The notes under the pieces were generated by a model. It saw only the letters and a list, made by a program, of their open reading frames with translations, did not search any database and was not told the DNA's origin. Made by a program: the position numbers and the translations under genes. Shown piece after piece: positions 1-10,937 of a stretch of 64,000 nt of DNA. Origin of the DNA: Histomonas meleagridis 2922-C6/04-290x (taxonomy: Eukaryota; Protista; Parabasalia); NCBI GenBank assembly GCA_020184695.1, contig JAANOX010000269.1:250022-314021 (forward strand). The letters are read 5' to 3'. The stretch's first letter is position 1. Each line of letters starts with the position of its first letter.

Positions 1-975
1 TTGACAATATTCGTGTTATGTGGAAGGAAACAATGAAAAATGATGAAAATGCATTGTAAAAAATTATTGGAAGATTGATTGTATAACCGATTCTTTTCAG
101 AAGATAATCACAAAGAATGAAGTTAACTTGAGCAGAGAAAAAGAACAAGAATTCCATAACAGTCTGATAATTTATCAGATCAAATTCAGAAAGTGATGAA
201 AACCCAATTAACCCAGCAATGGTCCCAAACGAGTTCAAAAATATAATGTATCTGATAGTGGTATCAATTTTTGAATGAGTTTTGCTTGCAACATTTTTAA
301 AGAATTCATAAAAAAGATAGCAAATCAAAACGCATGTTATATGTGTTGAAATATGAAACAGTTTTGATATTGGAGAACGACTTAACATTAATGAAATTGG
401 TATAAAAGAAAAAAAACTATCAAATTCATGACTTGAAAAAAGCAAAGAAATTAAAATTACAGCTCCTTGGAGAATAAAAATACTTGTGTACAATACGTAA
501 GGAAACTGAAAAGCAAAATACATGATGTTTAATTTGGTCGAATGTTGAGATTTTGTTTCCACTTTTTAAGTTGTTATTTGGTCTGATATATCAAGTCCGA
601 ATTCGGATATTTGCTGTTTTGGTCTGTATTTTATAATTTTTAACTCCTTAATTATTTTTTATCAAAAAATAATTACTCCATCACTTTCTAAAAGGTATTT
701 ATTTATTAACAAAGAAAATGATAAATTATTTGTTTATGAAGAATTTTGTAAATTCATAAACATCAGCTGAATGGATGACTCTCTATTCTTCACCGACATT
801 TATAAAATTATTTAAATCATAAAATATAATAAAAACATATATATTCATGATTCGTTTTCATGTTTGTTTCTTAAGAATGAGATATTATTATTTCCTTTTT
901 CAATTTATTAGAAAAAAAATAAGCGTAAAAAATGAATTCATAAAAAAACCTAATCATACTTTTATTTTTTTTTTA

Positions 976-2097
976 ATGTTTCTTTTTTTCATCTCCACAA
1001 TCTATTGTCATAATCCTAAGCACAAGATTATTTATTATGGAAATAAGGATTCAACTCTTGTACCTGATATTAAAAATTATGATCAAAAATATTGCAATGA
1101 AAAAAAAAATTTGCACAAATGTGAAAAAATTAAAGAGATATTTAAAACATTTTCAGAAATTTTAATTTTCAAGGATTTAAGCGAACTTGTAAACTTGAAA
1201 AAAGATCTTTTAGGACTTAATTCAGCAGTTATATTCATTGGTGAAAACCAATCTAATCCATTAGATCTTTCTGGTGTTACAATTCCAAAACTAGGCATTA
1301 AATCATATGGTTTAAACAAAAGTTTATATATTAAAGGAATTAATGTATCAAATACAATTCCTGTTATTGTTTTAGATGATAATATTCAATTCGATGGTAA
1401 TTTTATAGCAGATACTATTTATATCAATCAGTTAAAAGATGGAAAGTTAAATGCCAATCGTGTTATTATCCCATCATTTCGAGAAACAAAAAATATCCAA
1501 GCAAATAAAATCGAATATTTTTATTTCTCTCCTTTTGATATTAATATTGATGGTGATAGATATATAGTAAGTTCTAAACCAATTAATTTTAAAGATAAGA
1601 TTAGCATTGTTGCTGATCCTTATACTGGAAAAGATTTTGAAATAAATATGACTTTAAAAAAGAGTTGTAATGAATTTTCATACATAGAAATATACCTTGA
1701 AAAACCTTTCGAAAGTTTGACATATAGTTTCATGGATCCTGATGATATGGATATTGTGATGTTGGGAGAAAAAATATTTACGTCTTCAGATGTTCCTAAA
1801 ATTAAATTTTCATTTGACAAAAATGATTGGGATAAGTCAAATGTAAAACTAAATATTATTACTTCTCCGAGTTCTAAAAAATTTATAGATATTAGTGGTA
1901 TACCTGCACGTGTTTTGGCAACAGTGAAAGAAGATACAACATTTGTAGGAAAAAGTATATCAAAATATAATTATGGGAATAAGACGTTTGTATTAGTCAT
2001 TGCTATAGTTTTTTTGTTGGTTGTTTCCGTTATTATTGCTTTCATTTATTTGAAGTGCCACTCAAAAAATTCCTCAGATTTAAATTTTAATTATTAA
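976..2097 (+). CDS. Type I membrane/surface protein of unknown function
   Basis: The ORF track starts at 847, but in-frame ATG 976 gives a signal-like N-terminus (MFLFFISTIYC). C-terminal TM helix (FVLVIAIVFLLVVSVIIAFIYL) plus a short tail. Confidence 0.65.
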   Translation: MFLFFISTIYCHNPKHKIIYYGNKDSTLVPDIKNYDQKYCNEKKNLHKCEKIKEIFKTFSEILIFKDLSELVNLKKDLLGLNSAVIFIGENQSNPLDLSGVTIPKLGIKSYGLNKSLYIKGINVSNTIPVIVLDDNIQFDGNFIADTIYINQLKDGKLNANRVIIPSFRETKNIQANKIEYFYFSPFDINIDGDRYIVSSKPINFKDKISIVADPYTGKDFEINMTLKKSCNEFSYIEIYLEKPFESLTYSFMDPDDMDIVMLGEKIFTSSDVPKIKFSFDKNDWDKSNVKLNIITSPSSKKFIDISGIPARVLATVKEDTTFVGKSISKYNYGNKTFVLVIAIVFLLVVSVIIAFIYLKCHSKNSSDLNFNY

Positions 2098-2662
2098 AAA
2101 AATTATTATAAAAATTGATTTTTTCTTAGAATTATTGTAAAAAGCCGATTTTTTCACATGAATAATTTAATGCCTCTAATGCATTATTAAAGTTCTTAAA
2201 AATATTAAAGAATTGTATTAATTAGAAAGGACATTTCACAAATTTTATTTTTTTTGAAATGCACCAAAATATTTTGAAAGCAAAAATTGGTAACAGGATT
2301 CTGATTCTAATTAGTTTTTGGTTGCTAATATACTATGATAGCAATTCTTAGATATTGAAGAGTGTTATTAAAATTGATCCTAACAATTTCCAAAAATTTT
2401 TTGTTTTTTATTTCATGACAATATGAGTGTTTTTCATTAGATAGCTCTTGCCTGAAAATTATATATATGACTCAAAAATATCTCGTTCTGATAAATCATA
2501 ACTACCCGTTGTACAAAATTAAACAAGTTATAATCCTCGAGGATGAGATTAACGTTATCCATTCAATATTGAATTTGCCGATCTAATGATATGCCGAACA
2601 AATTTCTTTGAATTTTGTCACTTTTCAGGTGCACTTTTTAGAGGCAAAACGGTTTATGAAAA

Positions 2663-3448
2663 ATGACAAACAATATTTTAAATCAATCAGAAACACTCAG
2701 TGAGCTCTATCAATTCTTGGATTCAGCAAAATCAAAAGATGTATCTGATTTGGTTTTACCAGATTTGAGTCAAGTAGAAGAGATTCATTCTGAATTAAAT
2801 ATGAAGATTGAAGAACTTGAAAAAGAAATCAATCAATCCAAAGAAAACGAAAGGAAAACAAAAGCCATTATGGCAAAAAACATTGAAGATTTCAACAAAG
2901 AAAAAGAAAAGCTTATTTCAAAATATGAAAAAAAATTAGCATTACAAAAGAATAATTACGAAAAAGCGCTTAAGCATTATCAAGCCCTTCTTCAAGATTC
3001 TATCCGTGAGAAGGAAGAACTAGTTGATCAAATTGAACTTTTGTCAAAAAAAATCATTGTTACCCGAGAAGAATCATCCAAACGTGAAAAAGAGATTCAA
3101 CGTCAAGCGTCCATACAGATAACACAACAGCGGGAACTTGCAATTTCACAGAACAAAGCGCAACAAAAGAAAATATATTCAAAAAAGCTCAAAACCGCCA
3201 AAGAAACCGCTTTGAAATCCTTTGAACCCGAATTGAATAGTTTACTCGAAAAGCATCAAAACGAAATAAATGAAATCAATCAGAACCATAAAAAAGAACT
3301 AAACGAATTACGAGAAATGATAACAAAGCAAATGAATGAAGAAAGAGAACGAATTGTTGAAAACTTAAAAAAACAACATGAAATTGAATTAAAAGAAGTC
3401 GAAGAAAGATATAAAGCGCAAATATTAAAACTAAAAGAACTGAACTAA
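2663..3448 (+). CDS. Coiled-coil protein, CEP131/AZI1-like
   Basis: LQKNNYEKALKHYQALLQDSIREKEEL and SKKLKTAKETALKSFEPELNSLLEKHQNE resemble the conserved CEP131 coiled-coil core (YEATIQRHL..DQLIEDK; KIKE.T.RGLEPEIQ.LI..H..E). Recognised by eye. Confidence 0.55.
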   Translation: MTNNILNQSETLSELYQFLDSAKSKDVSDLVLPDLSQVEEIHSELNMKIEELEKEINQSKENERKTKAIMAKNIEDFNKEKEKLISKYEKKLALQKNNYEKALKHYQALLQDSIREKEELVDQIELLSKKIIVTREESSKREKEIQRQASIQITQQRELAISQNKAQQKKIYSKKLKTAKETALKSFEPELNSLLEKHQNEINEINQNHKKELNELREMITKQMNEERERIVENLKKQHEIELKEVEERYKAQILKLKELN

Positions 3449-3889
3449 GGTAACGTGAGAAATGTTTATGTTGTAAGTAAATATAACTTTTATTATTTTA
3501 AATAAATTTTTTTTTAAACATCAAATTATATTGTTAACTAAGAAAAATAAAACCTTTTATCATGTTTGATGAACAGTAATCATTTATTCAACTGCATTAG
3601 TCCTAATGCTTTTGTAATTACATGTGTGGGTAAAATCATGATGCGATATGTTGTTGTCTCTTATATAAAATATTTTGTTAATGTAATTATGTTAGGGTAA
3701 TGTATAAAAATAACATCTGCAAAAAAATAAATGGTCACGATTTTTAAAAAACAAAATTCGAAGGTTATTATACATTATATAATATGTTTTTTAATGAGCA
3801 TAATTTTCTTCCTTTTTATTTCGAAATAAAGAAATATCAGATTGGAGCACCCCAATATCCGAGCAAACTCTTTCAAATGCTAACAAAAG

Positions 3890-5209
3890 ATGCTGGCCCA
3901 ATTTCTTCTTTTTACATTTGCTCTTTCGGAAACAAATATAATAAATACAGAAGTTAACAGAAAATACAGTATAAAAGATGATCTAATAGTAGTTAATGTT
4001 TTAGTTAAAGTTTTAAACCAAGGTGAACCATTTTCAAAATACACTTTCACAATTCCGGATCGCGAAAATCAGCATATTGGACATACAACAGCTTCTTTTT
4101 CAACAAATAACATACGTTCATTCGACAAATCACTTCCAATTTCTGTAAATGGTAATGAGTACACTGTTGATCTTCAGAAAGAAATACCAAATGGAGAAGA
4201 ATTCACGTTATACTTTTCTTATACATTAGGTGATTACTTGTTGTTCATAAAGCAAAAAGTTTCATTAAATCAACGAATCCAACTTTATTTCAATACAACA
4301 AAATTCTTTAAATCAAAGTACGAGACAAGGAAATCTTCTCTTTCGATCTCAGGCATTCCAAAGGCATCCATTACTACTCCGAAGCACATTCTTGAAGATT
4401 CAGGAATTCGAATACAATCGTCAATGATTATCCTGAAAGATTTGACGAACGATGATGGATCTGACTTCGAAATCGAGTTCACGACGTCCCGACCGATGAT
4501 TCGTATTGATCAAATAATATCACAAACTACAGTCTCTCACTGGGGAAAGACCAAACAAAAGGCGTTCTACTCAGTGACAAACGCAGGGCCGAAGTTCACT
4601 GGTGAATTTAACAGAATTGATTTCAATCCTCGAACAACTCCATGCTTCACTCAGTCCATAGAAATGAGACCTCCGAAGGGTGCCCGTAACTTTTGGGCCT
4701 CTGATGAATCAGGGCTTCTCCAGAAAGAGCTTTCTTTGACTGGAGATAATTTATTGATTCCTCTTCGTGGTCCAATGCTTAGCAGTTGGAAGGCAACGTT
4801 TACTGCTGGCTGGACCATAGATACTTCTGTGTTTGTTTCTGGGGGATATCGCTTCGAATCTCCACTTATTACAAAATGCGTATCAGCTCCTGTAACAGAG
4901 GTTGTTGCAGAGTTTGTTCTCCCAGAAGGAGCCGTCGTCGTGGATGTACAGGTTCCAATTGATGCAAATGTCACCAAATTCATCCAGCCACATAACCTCG
5001 ATTTGAACGGCCGAACCGTCGTAAGGATTGAGGCCGACCATCTCTCGACTGAGGACGACGTGCCTGTTGTGATTTCTTATCATTTGAGCGCACATTATCA
5101 CTTCTTGAAGATATTAACATTAAGCGTCGCATTTGTCATTGTGTTTGTAGCAATAATCGTTGCAAGGCGTTTCGATTGCGGAATAGCAAATAAGCAAAAA
5201 ACTCAATAA
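3890..5209 (+). CDS. RPN1: Ribophorin I / oligosaccharyltransferase subunit 1
   Basis: Signal peptide, VSHWG motif, GEFNRIDF, RGPMLSSWKATFTAGW (cf. PRFPLFGGWK.F..GY) and a C-terminal TM helix. Confidence 0.8.
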   Translation: MLAQFLLFTFALSETNIINTEVNRKYSIKDDLIVVNVLVKVLNQGEPFSKYTFTIPDRENQHIGHTTASFSTNNIRSFDKSLPISVNGNEYTVDLQKEIPNGEEFTLYFSYTLGDYLLFIKQKVSLNQRIQLYFNTTKFFKSKYETRKSSLSISGIPKASITTPKHILEDSGIRIQSSMIILKDLTNDDGSDFEIEFTTSRPMIRIDQIISQTTVSHWGKTKQKAFYSVTNAGPKFTGEFNRIDFNPRTTPCFTQSIEMRPPKGARNFWASDESGLLQKELSLTGDNLLIPLRGPMLSSWKATFTAGWTIDTSVFVSGGYRFESPLITKCVSAPVTEVVAEFVLPEGAVVVDVQVPIDANVTKFIQPHNLDLNGRTVVRIEADHLSTEDDVPVVISYHLSAHYHFLKILTLSVAFVIVFVAIIVARRFDCGIANKQKTQ

Positions 5210-5750
5210 ATCTTATCAAATGTAATTATCAATCTAATTATAAGAAAAGAAAAATTTGCAGTAACGTTAAGCCATAATACAATATAAGCAATTTCATGTG
5301 AGATTTACAATTTTAATATGAATTATTGCATATTGAGCTATAAAGTTATAAACTTATGAAAACTTTAAATTTTCTTCAAAATCTCCAATTGTTGTTACAT
5401 TTTCTCCAATGATAACTGTTTATAATTGGATGAATTTTGTTGTTTTCTTAAATTAAGTTTGTTTGCATATCTTAATCCAAAATTAATTTTTTATCATGTT
5501 TTAATTCTACCTAAATCGTTGTATATCACATTTCTGATGAATACTTTCCGCCTGGTTAAGGTTTATGACCCCCTTATGTCAAACTAGTTTCAACTTTACG
5601 AAATTATAAGATATTAATATAATCAATATAGTTAAGTTATTATTAAAACAAATGAAAAAATGCGCCGCTTGAATTCAATAAAATTTATATAAACCCATAA
5701 ATCAGGTTGCAGTTCTATTATTGGCATAACGGATTTCGATATAGTGTTTT

Positions 5751-7026
5751 TTGGAAATCTATTTAATCGCATTTTGGGATTGTACATCATTAACAAATAT
5801 TAAAATTCCTAATTCAGTTACATCAATTGAAACTTATACATTTGGCAATTGCTATAAATTAGAAAAAATAAAAATCGGTGAAAATGTTGAATCAATTGGA
5901 GATTATGTATTCTTTATGTGTTCATCTTTAAGTAATATAGAAATTCCATATGCAGTTACATCGATTGGAAGGCATGTATTTGAACGTTGTAAGTCATTAA
6001 TTAATATCGATATTCCAAATGCAGTTACATTAATTAGTAATGCTGAATTTTTTATTGCGAATCATTAATTAAGATCACAATTCCAAATTTAGTTAAAACA
6101 ATTGAAACTGAAACATTTTCAAATTGCTATAAATTAGAAACGATTAAAATTGGTGAAAATGTTGCAACAATTGAATATAAAGCATTTTATTATTGTCAAG
6201 ATTTAAAATGTATTTATTTTACAGGCCACAAATCACCAAATATAGATTCAAATGCATTTTTAAATGTGTCAGCGCAATGTGTTATGACGTCATATTTTTA
6301 TGAGGCTGAATCATTTGGAGCGCTTTCAGTATCGAAAGGTTCTTCCATTGATCAATGCGATCAATATATTTGGCCAACGCATACATTCACTAAATCAAAT
6401 GCGTTTATACAATCAAATACATTTACTAAGTCAAATTCATTTTCTCCAAGTAATACATTCACTAACTCAAATTCATTTACTAAATCAAATGCTTTTACAC
6501 AATCGAATACATTCACTAACTCAAATTCATTTACTAATTCAAATAAATTTACATCTTCATTTCGATTTGATGTAACATTCGTTCAAACATTATTTTCGAA
6601 ACATTCCATTACATAAACAATTATTTCCAAAACGATATTACCGAAAACGATTTTTATTACTTTATTTAAATCAACATATTTTTATTATTATTCAAATTTG
6701 ATATCATATGAATATATCATTCAACAATATTCGACATATTATATTATATATTTTATACATATTATAGTTATATCTTTAGTACATTTGAAAATAGATCAGG
6801 TAAAAATAAAATGTCGAATAATCTTTTGATTGGTATTATCTGTGGTTCAATCTTTATCATTCTTCTTATTGTTGGTATTATTTTGTTCTTAATTAGAAGA
6901 AATAGAAATAAAAATTCGTATGTTAAAACTGAAACAACACCTTCGAGTTCAGTCACGAAACAACAAAACATTGAAAATGTCGATGAAGAATTCAAAAATT
7001 TTATACTAAAAGAGAATGATCAATAG
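5751..7026 (+). pseudogene. BspA-like (TpLRR) surface protein, disrupted and 5'-truncated
   Basis: LRRs (CTSLTNIKIPNSVTSIETYTFGNC), an FTxSNxF hexapeptide stalk and a TM plus basic tail. Broken by a 1-nt frameshift in a T-run near 6050, an in-frame TAA at 6614-6616 and a second frameshift near 6745. Confidence 0.75.
6400..6560 (+). repeat. 18-nt coding tandem repeat (FTxSNx units) in the BspA stalk
   Basis: Repeated acattcactaactcaaattcattt-like units translating to FTKSNAF/FTNSNSF. Confidence 0.75.
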
Positions 7027-7470
7027 ATATAATTTCTAATCATGTTTAAAATGGTAAATTTTACTGGGAATTTTTGTTGCATGCCCACTCTGGTAGGTAA
7101 AATTGTAAAAAGTCAAATTAGTATAAATTTAAATTTCATTTATTTATTCATATGTAAACTATACACTATTTGCATTGTAAAGCATTTAAAAAATGTATGG
7201 AACGATCAAAATGTCTTTCATTACGTTAACTTCAGTGAATTATCTTTATTTTGTTTTTAATATATTTTTTTTAAATATATTATTATTCATCTGATTGGGA
7301 TCTAATAGGCGGATAGATCAATGTATTCAAAATTCATATTATTTTGATGCTGTACAACTTTATACCTCAAATATTGTAATATTTTTCCTAAATTACAGAC
7401 TTTCAACAAGTATATATACAGATATTTTTTATTGCAAATATACAACATAATGTTTTTATTTCGTGAAAAA

Positions 7471-9275
7471 CTAAGTGGAAACTTTAGCTAGTTTGGAATT
7501 GATTAATATTCGAATTTCTTCATGACATTGTTCTGCTGCCCATATAAGTGCTGTATTAAATAATACAAATAATTTCCAAATATTATTTTGAAACAAAAAA
7601 TTAATATGATAAATATTATATAAAACATATGAATATCTTTAGCATTAATATCAATTCCTTCTTGCTCAAGAAGTAACTTCGCTATTTCTGTATGTCCTTT
7701 TTCGGCAGCGATCATTAACACAGTAAAAAATAATTTAAATAATTTCCGAATATTATTTTCATACAAAAAATTATTAAAATAAATATTATCTTTAGTATTA
7801 ATATCAATTCCTTCTTGTTTGAGAAGTAGTTTAACTATTTCAGTATGACCCTCTTCAGTTGCATTCATAAGTGCTGTATCAAATAATTTAATTAATTTCC
7901 AAATATTATTTTGAAATAAAAAATAATAAAAATAATTATATTTAGCATTAACATCAATTCCTTTTTGCTCAAGAAGTAATTGAACTATTTCTATATACCC
8001 TCTTATAGATGCAATAATAAGTGCAGTTATAAATAATTTAAACAATTTCCAAATATTATTTTGAAATATGAAACAATAAAAATAAATATTATCTTTAGCA
8101 TTAATATCAATTCCTTCTTTATTAATAACATATTTAATAAGCTCAATGTTTCCTGATTGTGTTGATGAAATAATGATGTCTTTTGGGATTTCGTTTTCTG
8201 CAAGGAAATATTTGACAAGAAATATGTTTCCTGTTCTTGATGCAAAATTTATAACATCTTCGTTAACTTTCATTCCTTCTTTTTTTAAATATAATAAGAT
8301 ATCATAGTTATGGTATGAAATGCATTTAATACCTAATTCTTCTAAACTGTGGGTTTTTTCGATTTTGTTTTCATAAAGATATTTAAAGATATCATTTTGA
8401 TGAAATTCAATTGCTGCTTCATATGCATTTTGAAAAGATGAATGATTTTGTTCACATAAATGAATTATCTCAAGATTTCCACCAGCAACTGCATATTTAC
8501 CTGTATTAATTACATTAGCACCATTCATAAGGAAATATTTAAAACATTTAACTGATGAAAAAAATGCTGCATAATCAATTAATGAAACATTTCTTTGATT
8601 AATAAATGAACACATTTCATAAAGTGATGGTTCAATAGTTTGGTCAAAATCAAAATTTGTTTGTGATGATATTTCTTGAAGTTTTTCTATTTCATCATTT
8701 CGAATTATTTTTGCAAGTTCATTTGGATTATGCCCTTCTTTGATTAATTTCTTATGAAGTTCGAAATCATTCTGTGTAAGTTCTTCATAAGGAATTTTTT
8801 CTGTGATATTGAACCTCTTTATATGATAAATATTTAATATATCTTGATGATAATGAATAAAAAATGGATCTTTCATATTTTGAATAATTTTTGCTTCAAT
8901 CAAATTATGATCTATCATGAAATTTAGATAATAATATGATTCTTTTGTTCTTTTTTTAAGAAGATATCGAGAAAATACATCGGATATTTCTGATGTACAC
9001 TTTTTGTCTTTCTCATGTTTTTCTATTTCTTGTAATAATCTCAAATATATCTCATAATCATTATTCCAAATGGAAAATGATTTAAATATCATATGGCTTA
9101 CAACCATATTAAAAGATATTGGATATTTATCTAAAAATTTATTAATTATGAAATTTACTGATTGATCAAAATTATTTGAGTTTAAATAAAAAATTATATC
9201 TTTGAGTGTTGTTAATATTTTCCATTCATTTTGAGGTTTTTGTTGATTTTCTTCGTTTTCTTTATCATTTAACAT
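7471..9275 (-). CDS. DUF3447-type ankyrin repeat protein whose C-terminal repeats are interrupted by 17-nt spacers
   Basis: DUF3447-like block (IDYAAFFSSVKCFKYFL, YAVAGGNLEIIHLCEQ) followed by ankyrin repeats. In-frame ATG at 9275. After an 80-nt insert the ankyrin continues in another frame (TALIWAAEQCHEEIRILINSKLAKVST*) to TAG at 7473-7471. Confidence 0.8.
7555..8090 (-). other. Four insertion blocks (8090-8028, 7937-7878, 7787-7725, 7634-7555) made of 17-nt AT-rich spacers alternating with single codons
   Basis: Lengths are 63, 60, 63 and 80 nt and parse exactly as [17 nt + triplet] units. The triplets read N-H-G-I, F-G-D, N-F-G-F and N-F-G-N. Confidence 0.75.
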
Positions 9276-9668
9276 TTGTTGGTGTTGATTAATATATATA
9301 AACGGTCGCTTCCGGCCTTGCAGCAAATATTCAAAAATTTAATGCAACATCCATATAATACTTTAGTAATTATTTAATCTAGTTCGCTATCACTATTTTT
9401 TTTTTAAGATTTCAAAAAAATTTCCAAAATGGAAAACAAAATCAAAATGATTCATAATATATATTAAGGATTCCTTTGCTTTTATCCCTCTTTATCAATG
9501 CCACTTTGTTGGGCACTAAATTTTCTATTATTTTATTGGAGAAACATTTTTTGTAGAAACTTGAATAAGGCATTTTTCTTATTAAATAAACCTCAGAAAA
9601 TCAAAAACTTGAAATACAAATTTGTTACGATTTTTAAAAATAAAAGTGTGTTACTTGTGAAAATTAAT

Positions 9669-10091
9669 TTACTTACTGCGTGCTCTGTGAACAACTTCCA
9701 AAATAATTAATATGGCTGCAGCGATAATTTCAAGAGAACCTCCTGCAACACCAAGATCTCCAGAAACGCCCAAGCAGCAAATGCCTTTTACACAATAAAT
9801 TATACCACGGATATAACCAACTTCGAAGTAAGATGTGTATTTTGTTTGGAAAATAAGACCGAATTCGACAAGTGCGTAGAAGAAAGATATAAGGCAGAAA
9901 GCCAAGCAAGAAGACCAAAAGTAGAAGTTACCATTCCTGTTGTTATTTTCTGAGTTTGATGGGCTATAACCCGAATAAATCTTTCCAACTCCTCTACGAG
10001 AGCAAGTGTTTGCAAAAGCAGCTCCAGAAATGATTTCAGCTATGATGCAATAAATGGTGATGACGAGGTTTATGTTGATAACCACAACCAT
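9669..10091 (-). CDS. Small multi-pass membrane protein (COPI-associated/Tvp15-like?)
   Basis: Several hydrophobic helices; IRGIIYCVKGICCLGVSGDLG. Paralogous to 10242-10676. Confidence 0.7.
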   Translation of the reverse strand: MVVVININLVITIYCIIAEIISGAAFANTCSRRGVGKIYSGYSPSNSENNNRNGNFYFWSSCLAFCLISFFYALVEFGLIFQTKYTSYFEVGYIRGIIYCVKGICCLGVSGDLGVAGGSLEIIAAAILIILEVVHRARSK

Positions 10092-10241
10092 ATCAAAGAT
10101 TTGGTGGGTGTTTTGAATGCACAGAAAAAGTCAACAGTCAGTTCAACGGGACAAAAGGCCAAGGTCAATTTCACAGAAAATTCAAAAAAAAGACTTTTTC
10201 AAAGCACACAATTCAATTTAATTCGAGCAGACACTTCAACA

Positions 10242-10676
10242 ATGTCTGGAGAAAAAAAGGTTGTTGTCTTATCAATTGATTTCATACTGGCAATTGCTGC
10301 ATGCATTGCCCTGATTCTCGTAGCAGCTACTTATATTACCTACTTAAATAAACACTGGTGGGGAGGTTCAATTAAAGTAGGATGCAGTCCAAAAGATGCT
10401 TGGGGCTGTAACAGCGCTTTCTACGCAAGTTGCACCTCCGTTATTATGACAATCACTGCTCTTTGCTTCGCTATCTTTGAAATCGGAATTATTTTCAAAG
10501 GTGCATGGTTCACATCCATCAAAAATAGGCTTGTAAGAGCTGTTTTCTATCTCCTTCAAGGAATGATGACACTCGGAATGATGAACGATCTTGGAATTGC
10601 CGCAGGTTCCATCGAAATGATTGTTGCTGGAGTCATGATCATCATCGAAGTCTTTTTCATTTGCAAAAACCGCTAA
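10242..10676 (+). CDS. Small multi-pass membrane protein, paralog of 9669-10091
   Basis: ATG at 10242 (MSGEKKVVVLSID). Shares VRAVFYLLQG..LG..NDLGIAAGSIE.I with the neighbour. Confidence 0.75.
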   Translation: MSGEKKVVVLSIDFILAIAACIALILVAATYITYLNKHWWGGSIKVGCSPKDAWGCNSAFYASCTSVIMTITALCFAIFEIGIIFKGAWFTSIKNRLVRAVFYLLQGMMTLGMMNDLGIAAGSIEMIVAGVMIIIEVFFICKNR

Positions 10677-10937
10677 ATAATCAGTATTTAAAGCCAAAAA
10701 TATTTTTTTTCATATGTTGACACATTTCCCCCTATCGTCTGTCAGAACGATCATGTTTTTTGTGTCCGTTTTGACGATCATTTTTATCGTCTGTTTCACG
10801 TTACTTATGAATTTTTGAGTTCCACGAGATTGTTAGAGGTAGATAATTCTATGAAATATCAATCTCGAAGTTCTCAATATTTTCAATAGAGAAATAACCT
10901 CATGTAAAGCAATGAAAATGTCAATTTCGTGTGACAG

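Noticed and set aside
1-520. Coding-like stretch at the window start
   Set aside because: All frames have multiple stops and no family was recognised; at most a decayed gene remnant.
847-975. N-terminal extensions from upstream or TTG/GTG starts in the ORF track (also at 9326, 10101, 14758, 21376, 33673, 54519 and 57722)
   Set aside because: Downstream in-frame ATGs fit the homology, signal peptides or Inr positions better.
7555-8090. Ankyrin inserts as ordinary single GT-AG introns, using the ACAG in ACA-GCA as acceptor
   Set aside because: The inserts contain no AG and no ACTAAC branch motif, two of the four are followed by ACTG rather than ACAG, and no consistent GT donor restores the frame.
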